Assembly (NCBI GenBank): GCA_964276515.1
Contig: OZ193910.1
Span: forward strand, 186,001 to 250,000
Direction of reading: 5' to 3'
Length of the DNA: 64,000 nucleotides
Origin: Gordius albopunctatus
Lineage: Eukaryota
Shown here: piece after piece, positions 26,001 to 43,391 of the stretch
Layout: every line of letters begins with the position of its first letter
Position numbering within the stretch: position 1 is the stretch's first letter
Notes under the pieces: generated by a model
Seen by the model: only the letters and a program-made list of their open reading frames with translations
Told to the model about the DNA's origin: nothing
The model's database searches: none
Translations under genes and position numbers: made by a program

Positions 26001-26317
26001 GCATGCCCCATAAGCAATTTACATACGAATCAAAAAAACGACAAAAAAGTTTGCTTCACACTTTGGCCAATGGTCATTTTTTGCCATTGGTCAGCAGTCA
26101 GCGGACGGCCAATAAGCCATATTATCAATGGTAATAACAAGAACAATATATGAATTAAAAATAAAAATAAAATTTGGCAGATTCGATTCGAACCCACAAA
26201 CTAGTTAAAAAACTATAATACGAACAAAAAATAAACAAGAAGAAGACATTCGGTGTGTGACATGACTGTGCGTGACAAACAAAATGGAAAGTGAGCCCAT
26301 AAATTGCATAGCAATTA
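23066..26317 (-). mobile_element. Helentron-associated non-autonomous element (HINE/DINE-1-like) carrying a BEL/Pao fragment
   Basis: Asymmetric subterminal inverted repeats (ttgctatgcaatttatg at about 23168 and cataaattgcatagcaa at about 26298), a terminal GC hairpin ggggcttcgcccc (about 23070), insertion within an AA/TT with no TSD relative to the paralogous empty site at about 19240, and an internal block shared with 54190-54280. Confidence 0.75.
23952..26030 (-). mobile_element. BEL/Pao LTR retrotransposon pol 3' fragment (RNase H/A17, integrase, DUF5641-like C-terminus), followed by a PPT and LTR start
   Basis: AYGACIY, SRVAPL..SIPKLELCG, WTDSTIVLA, FVGNRV, ENPADVLSRG, GLDYFGP, SDNATTF, GGLWEAAVKS, INSRPL, LTPAHFLIG, KWPLGRI..HPGADG. 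A polypurine tract GGGGGGGGGGCAGAA is followed by TGTTAAC at 23957. Stop at 24261 and a stop upstream near 25788. Confidence 0.95.
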
Positions 26318-26782
26318 ATTATATGTTTTAATAAGTTAAATGAGAATTTTCTACAAATTCACCTTAAAATCTATTTTCATGTAAACGAATATTTACTGAA
26401 TTCAGATTAAAGGAGTTCCCTTGTGACACAATCAAGTCTTGTTATTCCTTTGAATGCCACAAAAAAATCAATTGGTCCATATTGATATGTTAACCAAACG
26501 TTTAAATTTTTTTGGGGAACCATTTGGAGATAGTTTCTTAACAAAGGGTTATTTTAATTAAGGTAATTATAATAATTATGATTTTGAATTGAAGCCTCAT
26601 GCTGGCAGCGGTTATTAATTGGCTTAGCATTTCAAATGATGATACAAAAGGGCATTAAATTAGATAATACATTTATCGATATTGATAGATATAAAAACCT
26701 TACAATTTAAGAGTCGGCACACATTCGCTAATTTTTGATCCCAACCTGATATTTTTAATAGTCCTCAACATATAGAATTACA

Positions 26783-27997
26783 ATGCTATACAAAGTTTAT
26801 CCGGATTTTAATGTATCTCGCGATACTTTGCTCCACCAGGTCGATGTGCACTATTGGTTTTTGAATGGCACAATGGTGCCCGATATGACTCCAAAACCTT
26901 ACGGATGCTATCGTATTTGGGTTCCCATAATAGTGGCTTTGGGGTTAACGGGTAATTTCCTATATTTCATTTTGATACATAAATTAGTTCAACAAGGTAG
27001 CGCCTACCTTTATATTCAAATATTGGCAATAACCGATTTTTGCATTTGCCTAACACTCATCTTATGGCCAATACTCATGTATAATTCTAATTTTTATCAG
27101 CATCATATTCAAATCACGTGGTGGCTTAACTGCTATATGTATTATATTTCTTGGCCGTTGCGCGACGGTCTAGTCCATTTCAGTAATTGGCTACACGTTT
27201 TGATGTCAGCCGATCGTTTCGTCGCTTTAAAATTCCCCATGTACTATTTCAAACAAATGTCAAGAAGATTCATCAAGACCTTGGTCTCAGTCACTTTGAT
27301 TCTATGCCTAATTTCAGGAGCACCTTTTGGTTTTGTCTTTCAAATTACCTCTTTCCGTGTAATAACCACCGATGGAGTCTATAATTTATATGTTCCACGA
27401 TACAGAGATGCATTTAGCCACCCCTTTGGAATATATGAAAAATTCATTGGAATCGTAATGTACATGATTCCAGTTTGCTTGACGTTAATTCTCAACATGA
27501 TGTCCATACACCTGTTTAGCCAACTAGTGAAAAGGCGAATTATAAAGTTTAACATAGACACCACTAACACTCGCGTTTACCCTGCGAGTTTGAATGTCCA
27601 GGATATAAATTCTGATATACCCAACAAAGATGATTCTGGAATTACGGGTGGTACAAATAACAACATAAGTTTACATTCAAACCCAAAGAGCGCTAATAAT
27701 TGGCAAAATAGGCAAAAAAGAATAACGCTCCTAATGATAGCTTTGAGCTTGTCGTTCGCAATCTCGGTCATACCATACCTAATACATATATTTAAGTCAT
27801 ACGCTAGAGGTTGGAATTTAGAAGGCGACCAAAAGAGCGAATTTGTGGAATGCGCTTTCACGTCACGCTTTTCCAATCATTCTTTAAACGTTTATATAAC
27901 ATTGATATGCGATCCTTTTATTTTTAAGCCCTTAGTAAAAAAATCAAAAATGATTCTCCATAATTGTATTACCAAAATTGAGCAATATCTTCTTTAA
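26783..27997 (+). CDS. Intronless rhodopsin-class GPCR; copy 2 (paralog of 19707-20924)
   Basis: 404-aa intact ORF, with about 22 amino-acid differences and a 1-codon indel versus copy 1 by manual comparison. Confidence 0.9.
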   Translation: MLYKVYPDFNVSRDTLLHQVDVHYWFLNGTMVPDMTPKPYGCYRIWVPIIVALGLTGNFLYFILIHKLVQQGSAYLYIQILAITDFCICLTLILWPILMYNSNFYQHHIQITWWLNCYMYYISWPLRDGLVHFSNWLHVLMSADRFVALKFPMYYFKQMSRRFIKTLVSVTLILCLISGAPFGFVFQITSFRVITTDGVYNLYVPRYRDAFSHPFGIYEKFIGIVMYMIPVCLTLILNMMSIHLFSQLVKRRIIKFNIDTTNTRVYPASLNVQDINSDIPNKDDSGITGGTNNNISLHSNPKSANNWQNRQKRITLLMIALSLSFAISVIPYLIHIFKSYARGWNLEGDQKSEFVECAFTSRFSNHSLNVYITLICDPFIFKPLVKKSKMILHNCITKIEQYLL

Positions 27998-28899
27998 ATC
28001 TTAGCCACAATTTTTACATTTAGGATTTGTGAAATTTGTCTTCATGTATTTTATTATATAAAACATAGCCAACTCTTCTTTATATATTTTGTCGTTTTCA
28101 AAGATTTCCGAAACTAATAAAACACAAATTGGTTCATTAATAGAAACTAGGTCACTCTACTTGCTGCCTTATATATAACTTATGGGTCAGAAACTCTTTA
28201 TATCAACATTTTACATGTAATAACAAGGTTTATCATTTTACAACATCTATACATTTGCTTAACTTTACCACAATTATGAGTTTAGATTTTGGATATCGAA
28301 AATACAAATTCACTATTCCTTTATATAAACAAAATTATGTCATGCTTAAAATATGGTTTTTGTGAAGGCAATAAAGTAGATACAAGATAAATATTTTGAC
28401 AATCGCTATTTATTGCAGTTACAATTGGCAGTAACATTTCCTGACGTGAAAAGATATGCTTGTGACATTAACGCGATCACTTCGTTCTTAAATTTACTTT
28501 AATCGGGCATAGAGCTAAAATACTTTGTTCCTCCATTATTTGTAAACCACATGAAACAATTTGAAAATTTGTCATTATTGTGCCGACATGCTGTCATGCC
28601 TTTTAAAGCTTCTTATTCGAGATAAATTTTCTTTCTTTCAGTCATATATTTTATTTATAAATTATGAAATTTAATTCTGCATGACAATTTTATAACTTGA
28701 TCATAATATAGAAGTTATCGAAATTCTTATTATAATGGGCAATCTTAAGGCACTTTTATAATGAAATATTACAGTCCCCTTCATCTTTTTATTTTATTTT
28801 GCTTGATTAATGGAAACTTAGCCCGTTGATATGTTTAAAGGTAACGAAATAGTGAGTAGTAGATTATAACTTGAAACATAATCTAAATGCTTTATCTAT

Positions 28900-29465
28900 G
28901 TAAATCATGGAGGCTATGGGCATGGTGTGGAGAACAAAGAAGGAGAAAAACTTCTCCAAGTATTCCAAGCATACGAAGAAAACACCTATTTTTAAAAACG
29001 CTAAGAACACCTTGTGACTTATAGAAGTGAGAAGCATTTTAAATTGACTATCTGCTCATACAGCGAAAAGACTTATTAGGGATCAAGGATGGCAAGGTAA
29101 TACCGGAAGAGGAAAGCGCCAGGCAACATCGTCCACTTGTGATGGATCTTTGATTGGAAGCGTTAAAGGTTACGTCAACGATAAATATCATAATAAAGCT
29201 CCTCACTCTTCAGTGCAAAGTTGCAAAGAAATGTATACGACGATTGGGAAATGGTAACTAAAGACATAAAGGAAACAGCGATTAGGGTTCTAGGATAAAC
29301 CAAAGGATGCAAAGCTATGAACAGGGAACTATGGTGGTTGAATTAGTCCGTTAAGAATTTCTTCGAAAGAAAGAAAAATCTATATAGACGGTTGTTCAAA
29401 AAGTTGAATGATTATCCAGTCTTTTAGGAGGCACATAGAGCCGTAAAATAGGCCGTTGCAATAAC
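28900..29465 (+). mobile_element. Degenerate RTE-clade LINE fragment (endonuclease end/linker)
   Basis: Broken NHGGYG..RTKKG, NTYF..R.EHLVTYRS, IDYLL, KVIP, QHRPLVMD. The 3' part (about 29200-29465) resembles 15015-15300. Confidence 0.75.
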
Positions 29466-29870
29466 GAAGAGTGTCGGGATGAGGAAGGAGGGGGGACAAA
29501 TCTCTTCTCCCCCTCTCTGAAGGAGGGAGGAGAAAATGGTGGGGGAAGAGCGGTAAGGGGGGGGACAAGCTCCTGATTCTTTATGCAATATAATGAGCAG
29601 ATTTTAAATTTACTTAGTCATAGCAATGGAGTCTAATAAAACTCCTATGTGATCGAGTCTTCAACAGATTTTGCTGTTTCGACTCCGCTTCTCGAGCATT
29701 TTTATATGCTACTTTACTGCCTAGTGCACCTAGGACGCATACGACAAGCGCTTTTTAAAAAATTCATTGTGCGTGCTCGAGAATAGGACGTAGTCATCAT
29801 TGCTCACGCCAGCATTTTAACAACACTACAAGGCCTGTATATTTCACTCCTTTACCATCATATTTTTTAA

Positions 29871-30288
29871 TCTTCTTTCTATGATTTTTCACCTAGGCTG
29901 GTGATGAGTTTCTTGGTTTTCATGTCTTTTATTGTTGTGGTATACATTTTGGTTTATATGGAATGAGAGAGTATTGATATCCCTGCTTTCCAAGCCTGAC
30001 GGAACTATTTAAGATAAGGGCGCTTAACAGCCTATAATTCCTTAGGATGCCAGCACTCTGGTGGATTTAAATTTTGAGTAGACCGAATCATATTGTTAGA
30101 TAAATATAGCACTTTCATTTCACTAGCTCTCCCTCAAAAGCCCAGAAATTTTAGTGTGCCCTTTCATTAAGAATTTCCAAATGAGTGACCCCTAGCAAAC
30201 ACAAATTGTATTTAGCAAAGGTATAGCTTCTTGAATCACGAGAGTACACAAGGTTAATCATCGCTGCAAGTTATTATGGCTCGGTTGA
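29871..30288 (-). mobile_element. Bipartite non-autonomous RTE derivative (5' UTR fused to 3' tail)
   Basis: 29871-29912 resembles the 3' end of the RTE at 56631-56675 (tcttctttctatga...cacctaggctggtg). 29913-30288 resembles its 5' UTR at 59575-59999. No coding region lies between. Confidence 0.8.
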
Positions 30289-30789
30289 TTACCATCCATC
30301 ATGTTTAATATCACCCATATATTAAGCTCATGACTCTAAAAATAATGAATCAATTTTAAAACTCCATTCTTTATGCGTTATGTACTTGTGACAAACACGG
30401 CAAATAATGACTCTAAAGGGGACAATTTCTGCTCTATAGCTCATATCACCAAAGGCTACTTTTTAACATTTTTTATAGCCCCAAGTTTATTTATGTCATA
30501 TGCTGCGTCTTCAAACCAACTTTAAACAAACTATTATGTGGAACAGGAATAGTATAAAAAATTGCATTTTTCACCCATCGGAGATATTGAATTTAAATAA
30601 TTTTATATAGTTTTTAGTTAATCAAAATTTTTGACACAAATTTCACCCCCCCCCCCCTTTATTTCGATAGTCCTGTCTCAGTCTCTATTGTTTATAATCT
30701 TAATAAATATTTGTTCCCTTTACGTGCGCATGAAATATTTAAGAAACGTTGATATATGGCCATTACCTTTGCAAGACAATCAAATCAGT

Positions 30790-32719
30790 TTAAGCGACAA
30801 GTTAATTCCTCATCAATTAGGATTTGGGGTTAAAAGCGGCTGTGAGGCTGCCAGTCACACTGCGCGGATAAGCCTTCAACAAATTCCCTCCAATTACTGC
30901 ATGGTTAAATTAGACTTTGCCAATGCATTCAATAATATTCGCCGAGAATCGATAATAAATTCCTTCGTTGATGAGTTCCCAAAGTTTTCAAATTACATCA
31001 GTTTAAGTTACGGTTGCATATCAAAACTAAAGTTTGGGGACTTTTTGATCGAATCGGCAGAAGGTATTCAACAGGGTGACCCTCTAGGTCCACCTTTGCT
31101 TTGTCTAGGGATAAAAATTTAACAGAATCTCTCTCAAACCAATGCTCTTTATCGTTAAACGTCTGGTACCTAGACGATGCCACCTTATGCGGCCCTCCGG
31201 AAGAAATCTCCAAAGCTCCGAGATTATGAAGCCGTCCTAAACATGAAATTGAATATCTCTAAATGCGAGATATATCAGTGCCCGGATACCAACATATTTC
31301 CCACTTTTAAGCCATTTGCCATTTTTAAAAGTTGAAATGAAGAGTTCAACTCATCTAGGCTCTCCAATAGGAGGGCAAATCGCCTAATTGAGTTTTTAAA
31401 TAGTCACTTATCAACTCTTTCCTCGAAGATGGAAATTCTCAATACCCTCCCAAAACATCACGCTTTTTATATCATCAAAAACTATTTTAATATCTCCAAA
31501 GTTCAACATTGCTTCTGGTCCTCATCAGCTTTTTATTGCCCAAGATTTTAAAAAGCTACGATAGCTTTATGAAAGACACGCTAGAAGCCATCCTTAATAT
31601 CAAATTCAGGACTTCTTCGTGGCTCCAAACCTCATTTACCTACTAAAGCTGGCGGCTTAGGCATACGCCCAGCAACCTCAATTTCATTCGCATCCTTTAT
31701 CTCTTCGTACAAATCCGCCCAAGGTCGGATCGGCCGATTAATCACAACAAGTGAGGATCCATCGTTTGTACAAGCTCTAGATGTCTGGTCTGCCAATTTC
31801 AACCCAGGGACCCCCTTCCCCATAACCTCAAGACAAAAGGATTGGGATGCTGGCCTCGTATCGCGCTCCGTTGATTACCTGTTATCGAGTTGCAATGCCC
31901 GCCAGCACTTCAACATTAAATCTTTGGCTTTTGACGGATCGGGTCACGAGAGGCTAGAAGCTTACCCTAGCTCACTTTCTGGATTGATGTTGGAGGACCC
32001 AGAGCTAGCATACTCGATCCCCCTCACACTAGGAATTCCCTATCCAAAGGAATATTCCTGCCGCAACTGCTCCCAGAACATAGACATTTATGCAAGGCAT
32101 CCCCTACACTGCATTTACAATAGATTTAAATACATAAGACACGAAAAGGTGAATAGACTTATCGAAGCCGCTCTTAAAAAAGCCAACATTCCTTCCGTTT
32201 TAGATCCGTCAGACCCTTCGTTGGAGGGAAGGATGCGACCAGACGGCTCTACCCTGATCCCTTGGAAAAATTGTCTGCCCCTTAAATGGGATTTCACCTG
32301 CATATACATTTTCGCTCCCTCTAACAAAAACTACAACGCTCTGACCCTCGCCGAACACCGCAAAACGGTTAAATACTAGGCCCTCCTACCCTCTATTATC
32401 TTTACCCCTATCGTTGCCTCGCGCTCTGGGACATTTGGTCCGGCCACTATTAAGCCTTTTAAAGAAATCAGCCGTCGCTGCCCGCCCTCTAAATATTTCA
32501 CAAATTTTTTACTCCAACAAAAATTTGGCATTTTTATAGCAAAGTAAAATTTTAAATCACTGGCCAATAGCTGACCTCTTCTAATAGATGACGCATGCGA
32601 CATTTTTGAATTATAATTTTTTTATTTTATTTTATACCAGCTTTTATATTTTTCGAATTTTAACACTTCGTTTTTATAATGTTCTTACGTTCAAATAAAC
32701 AATATATATTTAAAAAAAA
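30790..32719 (+). mobile_element. 5'-truncated CRE-like non-LTR retrotransposon (RT plus RLE), degenerate, with A-rich 3' end
   Basis: HQLGFGVKSGCEAA, KLDFANAFN, GIQQGDPLGP, WYLDDA, GGLGIR, HPLHC, RHEKVN, RPDG, WDFTC, with several frameshifts. AATAAA and an A-run lie at about 32694-32719. Confidence 0.9.
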
Positions 32720-34069
32720 CTACTACTAAAAACGGGCAATGTGTTAATAACAAGATTTCTTCCCTTTTATTCTTACTTACCTAGCAGCAGCTCTATTGTT
32801 GAATTGAAGTTGGTCATCATAGTGGGGGGGGGAGTGAAGTGTGTGCTGTTGTGACTATTTTACTTTATTGTTTGCTTCTTTTTGATTAATTTATCACCTA
32901 CCTCTCGCGCTGTTTTGTAACAACGACTCAAAGTGGATATTTCTTGTAATTATTAAAATTGTCGTCAATTTGTTTCGAATTTGTGTTGCCCTGAATTCTA
33001 CAAAATCATCATTGCACCATTATTTTAAAATCCCATTTTTCCAAATTTTAATTAATTTAGAAAACGGCTAATCCTATTAATTTTTAACAAAATTTTGGCA
33101 CGAGGAAGAAGGTATGTAAAAATGGCAAAATATTTTTCCATCACCACTATGCTAGGGTTCTAGCCATTACAACGAAAACAAATTATTTACACGAAATTCC
33201 ATTAATACCTACCACTTATATTTTTTTTCAATTCAATCTTAAAATTCCGGGCTTTGCAGTAAAAAAATTATTTAAAATCTAATCTGAGAAGCCCGATCAT
33301 TTTAGTGGAATCCAAGATGCAGCAATCTTCTGAATCCCGATTGAGGCTCAAAATATATCTAAAATTGATTTTTTTTAATTCTTATTGTTATTAATTTATA
33401 ACGTTTTTTCTGACGTTCTGTCACCCTATGTAAAATCTTTTTATTCGCAACATTATTCCCAGTAATATAATAGGATTTGAATCTTCTATTACCTGTCAAC
33501 AATAATTTTCTAATTAAGAGTTCATTTATTTCATAAGCGTAGCCAGCATTGGAATTAGAGCGGAGCAATAATGATTTAGGGAGGAGGTCAAAATGAAATT
33601 TTTTTGAAATTTTAGCTACGATTTTAATATTTTTTAAGAAATTTTTGGATTTTGATAGGGGCAGCCGCCCCTCTCTGCCCCCCCCCCCTTTATGAAGTTC
33701 AGTTGATTACCACTGAGCAGCGCAATGCGTATAAAAATGATGAAATGGAACTGTTGTTGTTGTTACTAAAATTTCATTCAACAAACGTACCTTCAACAGG
33801 CTTAGAATTTTTACAACTACTAAATATAGGCGTGCTTTTCTTTATTTTTATATCACCACCCACACCAAGGCAACTTATATATTTATTACGAGCATGGGGG
33901 CAGCCAGGATTGGAACTTGAGGGCGGGGGCCCTAGTGTTGTAGGGCGGGGAAAAATGATAAATTTTTGAAATTTTAGCCTTACACTAAATTAGGGAGGGC
34001 AGGGCCCCTCCCCTCCCCGTCTTAGTGATGGGGAAATAGCGTTTTTAAGGAGTAAATTAGGGATGAACA

Positions 34070-35090
34070 AAAGTCTTTAATTATATTAATTGCTTTGGTT
34101 ATGGCTGCCTGCCAAAGTTGCATCATCGAGATACCATACATGTAATGAAAGGTTACCCTGGTTATTGATTCAATTTATTAGTTTTTGTATGCCGCAACAA
34201 AATAATGGGGGTCCTAATGGGTCAACTTGTTGAAGGCCTTCTGCGGATTTGATTACAAAGAAGCCATATTTCAAAAGGGATGGGCATCCTTAACTTAACA
34301 GAATATAGTTGGAGTATTGTGGAAAGTCTTCTAAAATATTCTCCATAAAAACATTTCTATTAAGTTGGTTAAAAGCATTAGTGAAGTCTAGTTTGACTAG
34401 ATAGTGGTTGGTGGGTAAATTTTGTAGAGTGATTCGGCCTGCATGGCAAGCAGCCTCGCATCCTCCCTTAACACCAAAGCCCCTAATTGATGAGGTGTTA
34501 GGGTATTGGACAATGCTGGTTTTATGCGTTTACAAATTATTTTAGATATTATCCTGCGGAATACATTCCCAATGGGTATAGGCCTTAGGGAGTTATTTGG
34601 TTTTTTTAAAGCTAAAATTTGAGCTCCAAAAAAAACTGGCCTAATTTCTTGGGGGATATTTGCATTGATAATTAAGTTGCAAAGGAGGGTTAAAGAATCA
34701 AGTAGAGAACTTGAATTATTATTCTTTAAATTTTTTAGATCTTGCAGGAAGTTATGTTTTATGCCATCTAGTCCTGCTGCAGAATCAAGGGGAAATGAAT
34801 CAATAGCTTCACTGATTTCTTGGGAAGATAAAATCAATGAAGAACTACTGTTTGGGTATTTAAATGCATGTTGAGATATGGGATGTAATATATTAATCTG
34901 GTTGAATGAGTCTTGGTTGGCTAAAACCATAGTGTGATTATCATAGAACTCATTTAAAGCTCCTCTCAAGTTGTAAGAATTAAGTTTTTTTGAGATTCTA
35001 TTTGCTTTCTGTTGTAAGGATGTGTCTATAATTGATGTTGGCATAAACCATTATTGAGATTTAAAATTGCATCTTTGATATGCTTAGATT
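34070..35090 (-). mobile_element. CRE-like non-LTR fragment (N-terminal RT)
   Basis: ORF 34397-35044: SAAGLDG, FFGA.I.ALKK..N.LRPI.IG.VFRR, HQLG. Continues out of frame to LDFTNAFN, QQVDPLGP and WYLDDA. Confidence 0.85.
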
Positions 35091-35094
35091 CATT

Positions 35095-36760
35095 TTAAGT
35101 TACGGATGTCCTTCGATTTTAAAATTTGGAGGATTCTTCCTTAAATCCGCAGAAGGGATCCAACAAGGCGACCCCCTAGGCCCCCCCCCCTTGATTCTGC
35201 TTGGCTATAAATTACCTAATTAACGAAATTAACAAACATTGTAAACTCACCCTTAATGCCTGGTATCTAGATGACGCCACTCTTGTTGGCACCCCTGACA
35301 ACCTAGTCCAAGCACTATAAGTAATACAAGCTTTCTTCCCCACTTTAAACTTATGTTTAAACGCCTCTAAAAGTGAAATATATTCTGATTTGGATACCAT
35401 TCACCTAAAGTTTTTTAACTTTGCCAAAATTAAAAAAGACAATATGTATGTTTTAGGCGCACCTATCGGCGGCCCTGAATGCCTAAAAAAATCTTCAGGC
35501 AAAACCTCTCTTTTTTAAAAACCAAATTAGACATTTTTCAATCTATGCCCTCTCATCATTCCTTTTTCAGTATAAAAAATTATTAAAACATTAGCAAAAT
35601 TTTATTCTGCTTCCGCTGCACGCAAGCTTTTTTATTTAAAGAAGTTTTACATGACTATGAAAACCTTTTTAAATCCACTCTTGAATCAATTTTAAATATT
35701 TCTTTTAACACCAATACTTGACATCAAGCCACACTTCCCACAAAATCCGGTGGTCTAGGTATTCTTTCACCATCTGCGATTCCCCTAGCCGCCTTTATTT
35801 CTTTCTCTCTATCTTTTAAACATCATATTAACGACCTTGTCCCATTCCCACTTAATCCCTCCATAAATCAAGCCCTATCCTTATGGAATGAGAACGTCAA
35901 TGTAGGAGCTAATATACCACAATCATACGCTCAAAAATATTTGGATGCAAGTTTGGTGTCGCGGTCCGTTGCTTACCTTCTCTCGACATGCGACGCCAAA
36001 CAGCATTGCAATCTTAGGTCATTGCCTTTCGACCAATCCGGTCATGAATGGCTTGAAGCTTACCCTAGTAAGTTTTCGGGTATGTTTTAGGAGAATCCTA
36101 CCCTGTCCTACAATATAGCCCTCCGCTTGGGCTGTAAATACACGTCCCCATACCCCTACTGGCTTTGTAATTCACTTGTAGATGAGGAAGCACGTCACCC
36201 TCTGCATTATAAATTTAACAAAAGCCGGTCTGTTAGGCACCAAAAAATAAATACACTGCTTCAAGCTGCCCTCAAACGGGCAAAAGTTCCTTCGATCCTT
36301 GAACCTTCAGATCCCTCTCTCGAAGAGCGGATGCGTCCGGACGGTTCGTCACTTATCCCATGGGGCAAAGGCTTTTTCCTAAAATGGGACTACACCTGTA
36401 TTGACCTGTTTGCCCCCTCTAACGATACTCACGACCACCTAGGATCGGCAGAGCATCGGAAATCCTTAAAATATTCAGCTTTATCACAAACCTCGATTTT
36501 TATTCCTATCATCTCGTCGTGCTCAGGGACGTTTGGGAAGAGCGCATTAATGTTTTTTAAAGAACTCAATAAACGCTCGCCCTCTTGTAAAATATTGAAT
36601 AGTTTTTTACTACAACAGTCAATTGCCATCGCGATCGCTAAATCTAATTTTTATTCTTTGATGGATTAAATGCCCATTCTCAAAGATGAAGATACGGATA
36701 ATGTGTTTTAATCATTTTTTTTATAAATGTTTTTGTTCTTGTATGTTTTTAACAATTCCG
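35095..36760 (+). mobile_element. 5'-truncated CRE-like element in opposite orientation inside another CRE-like element
   Basis: YGCPS, AEGIQQGDPLG, WYLDDA, SGGLGI, SGHEWLEAYP, RHQKIN, RPDG, WDYTC, with a stop at 36669 and a T-rich 3' UTR. Confidence 0.88.
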
Positions 36761-36768
36761 CTTAATAT

Positions 36769-37300
36769 TTAATACTTTTTATTTAATAAAGCATGTAAAT
36801 TCAAAAAAAAGTTAACTTCTATATTCGGAGGAACAAATAAAATTTTGAATGCTAAATTGAATAACTTGTCCCAACCCATAGGATTTTCAGGATTATTTGC
36901 AATTGATTGGATGGTGTTTATAAATAATTGTTGTAAGGCTGGGCGAGCTCCTCTTGGAATCCTATTTATAGTGTTGGGAAAGGATTGAGCAAGGAATGCA
37001 TTGGTCCAAGTGAAATTAGGCTCTGGATCACTGATTTGATAATTGAAAGGTTGAGTTTTAAAAGGTGATTCTATGGGATTAGAGGGCTCACTTATTTGTT
37101 CAATATTAAGGGTTAGGGGAGGTATAAGAATATCTGGTGGGGCCTTTTGTCCAGAGAAAGGGCAACAAAGGTTATAGGGCCATGTAATAAGAAACAATTA
37201 TTTTTGTTCAAAGATAGTTTCCTATTACAGGATGTAGAGCTTTATTCAAACCCTTTGTGGTTATTTATATATGAATGTGTTCCAAAGGAATAAGAATAAT
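36769..37300 (-). mobile_element. CRE-like element 5' coding region (likely continuation of 34070-35090)
   Basis: RIPRGAR...WDKLF.LAFKILFVP resembles the pre-RT region of CRE-like ORFs, and is on the same strand as 34070-35090. Confidence 0.6.
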
Positions 37301-37844
37301 AACATTATTAAAGTTAATATATATCTTTTACATTAAATTCAAAGGTCGAAAAAACAATACACAGCTTAGAAAATTAAAATTATTAATTATATTTATAACT
37401 AAATTTTGTGAGTATTAGCATCTTACTCGTTTTTTTTAGAGGTTTAGATCTTTGGTTGAGATAGTTTTTTAGGGTAATTACGAATTAAATATCTCCTTAT
37501 TAGCAAATAAATTTGTTCTTTCATCTATATTCAGCATTTTACCCTCCCCCCTCGCATAATTCTGCGTTTTTTGAAGAGTTCCTACCGAAATTTAAAATCT
37601 TTATTCACGCACGCATTCAGGACAGAAAATTTTTGTATATATGCGCAACACCAACAAAACGCTTATTATACCATTGAGTTTTTTCGTAAAAAAAATTTGT
37701 CAATGATGTGAGGGGGTTCTAATTCAAACCCCGTCTTCCCTACGCTACTGGAGCTGCTTTTAAAATTATATATTTTATATTACCAATAATGTTCTTTTTC
37801 GTGTCAAATCAGCTGGATTCAAACACATGTTTTAAAGTTGCGAT

Positions 37845-43391
<5,547 letters not shown>

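Larger units (their letters stand above)
22612..28150 (+). repeat. Segmental tandem duplication unit 2 (unit 1 is about 18945-21078), interrupted by insertions
   Basis: aaattacctaaa...gggataaaatagttttaaaccgc at about 22612 matches about 18945. Homology runs through the GPCR to ttcattaatagaa(g/a)ctag (21078 / 28150). Confidence 0.9.

Noticed and set aside
33284..33362. Second hammerhead-like motif (ctgagaa-gcc...ggc-tcaaaa-tatatc)
   Set aside because: It has a C3/A8 mismatch and lacks GAAA after stem II, so it is too degenerate to call.
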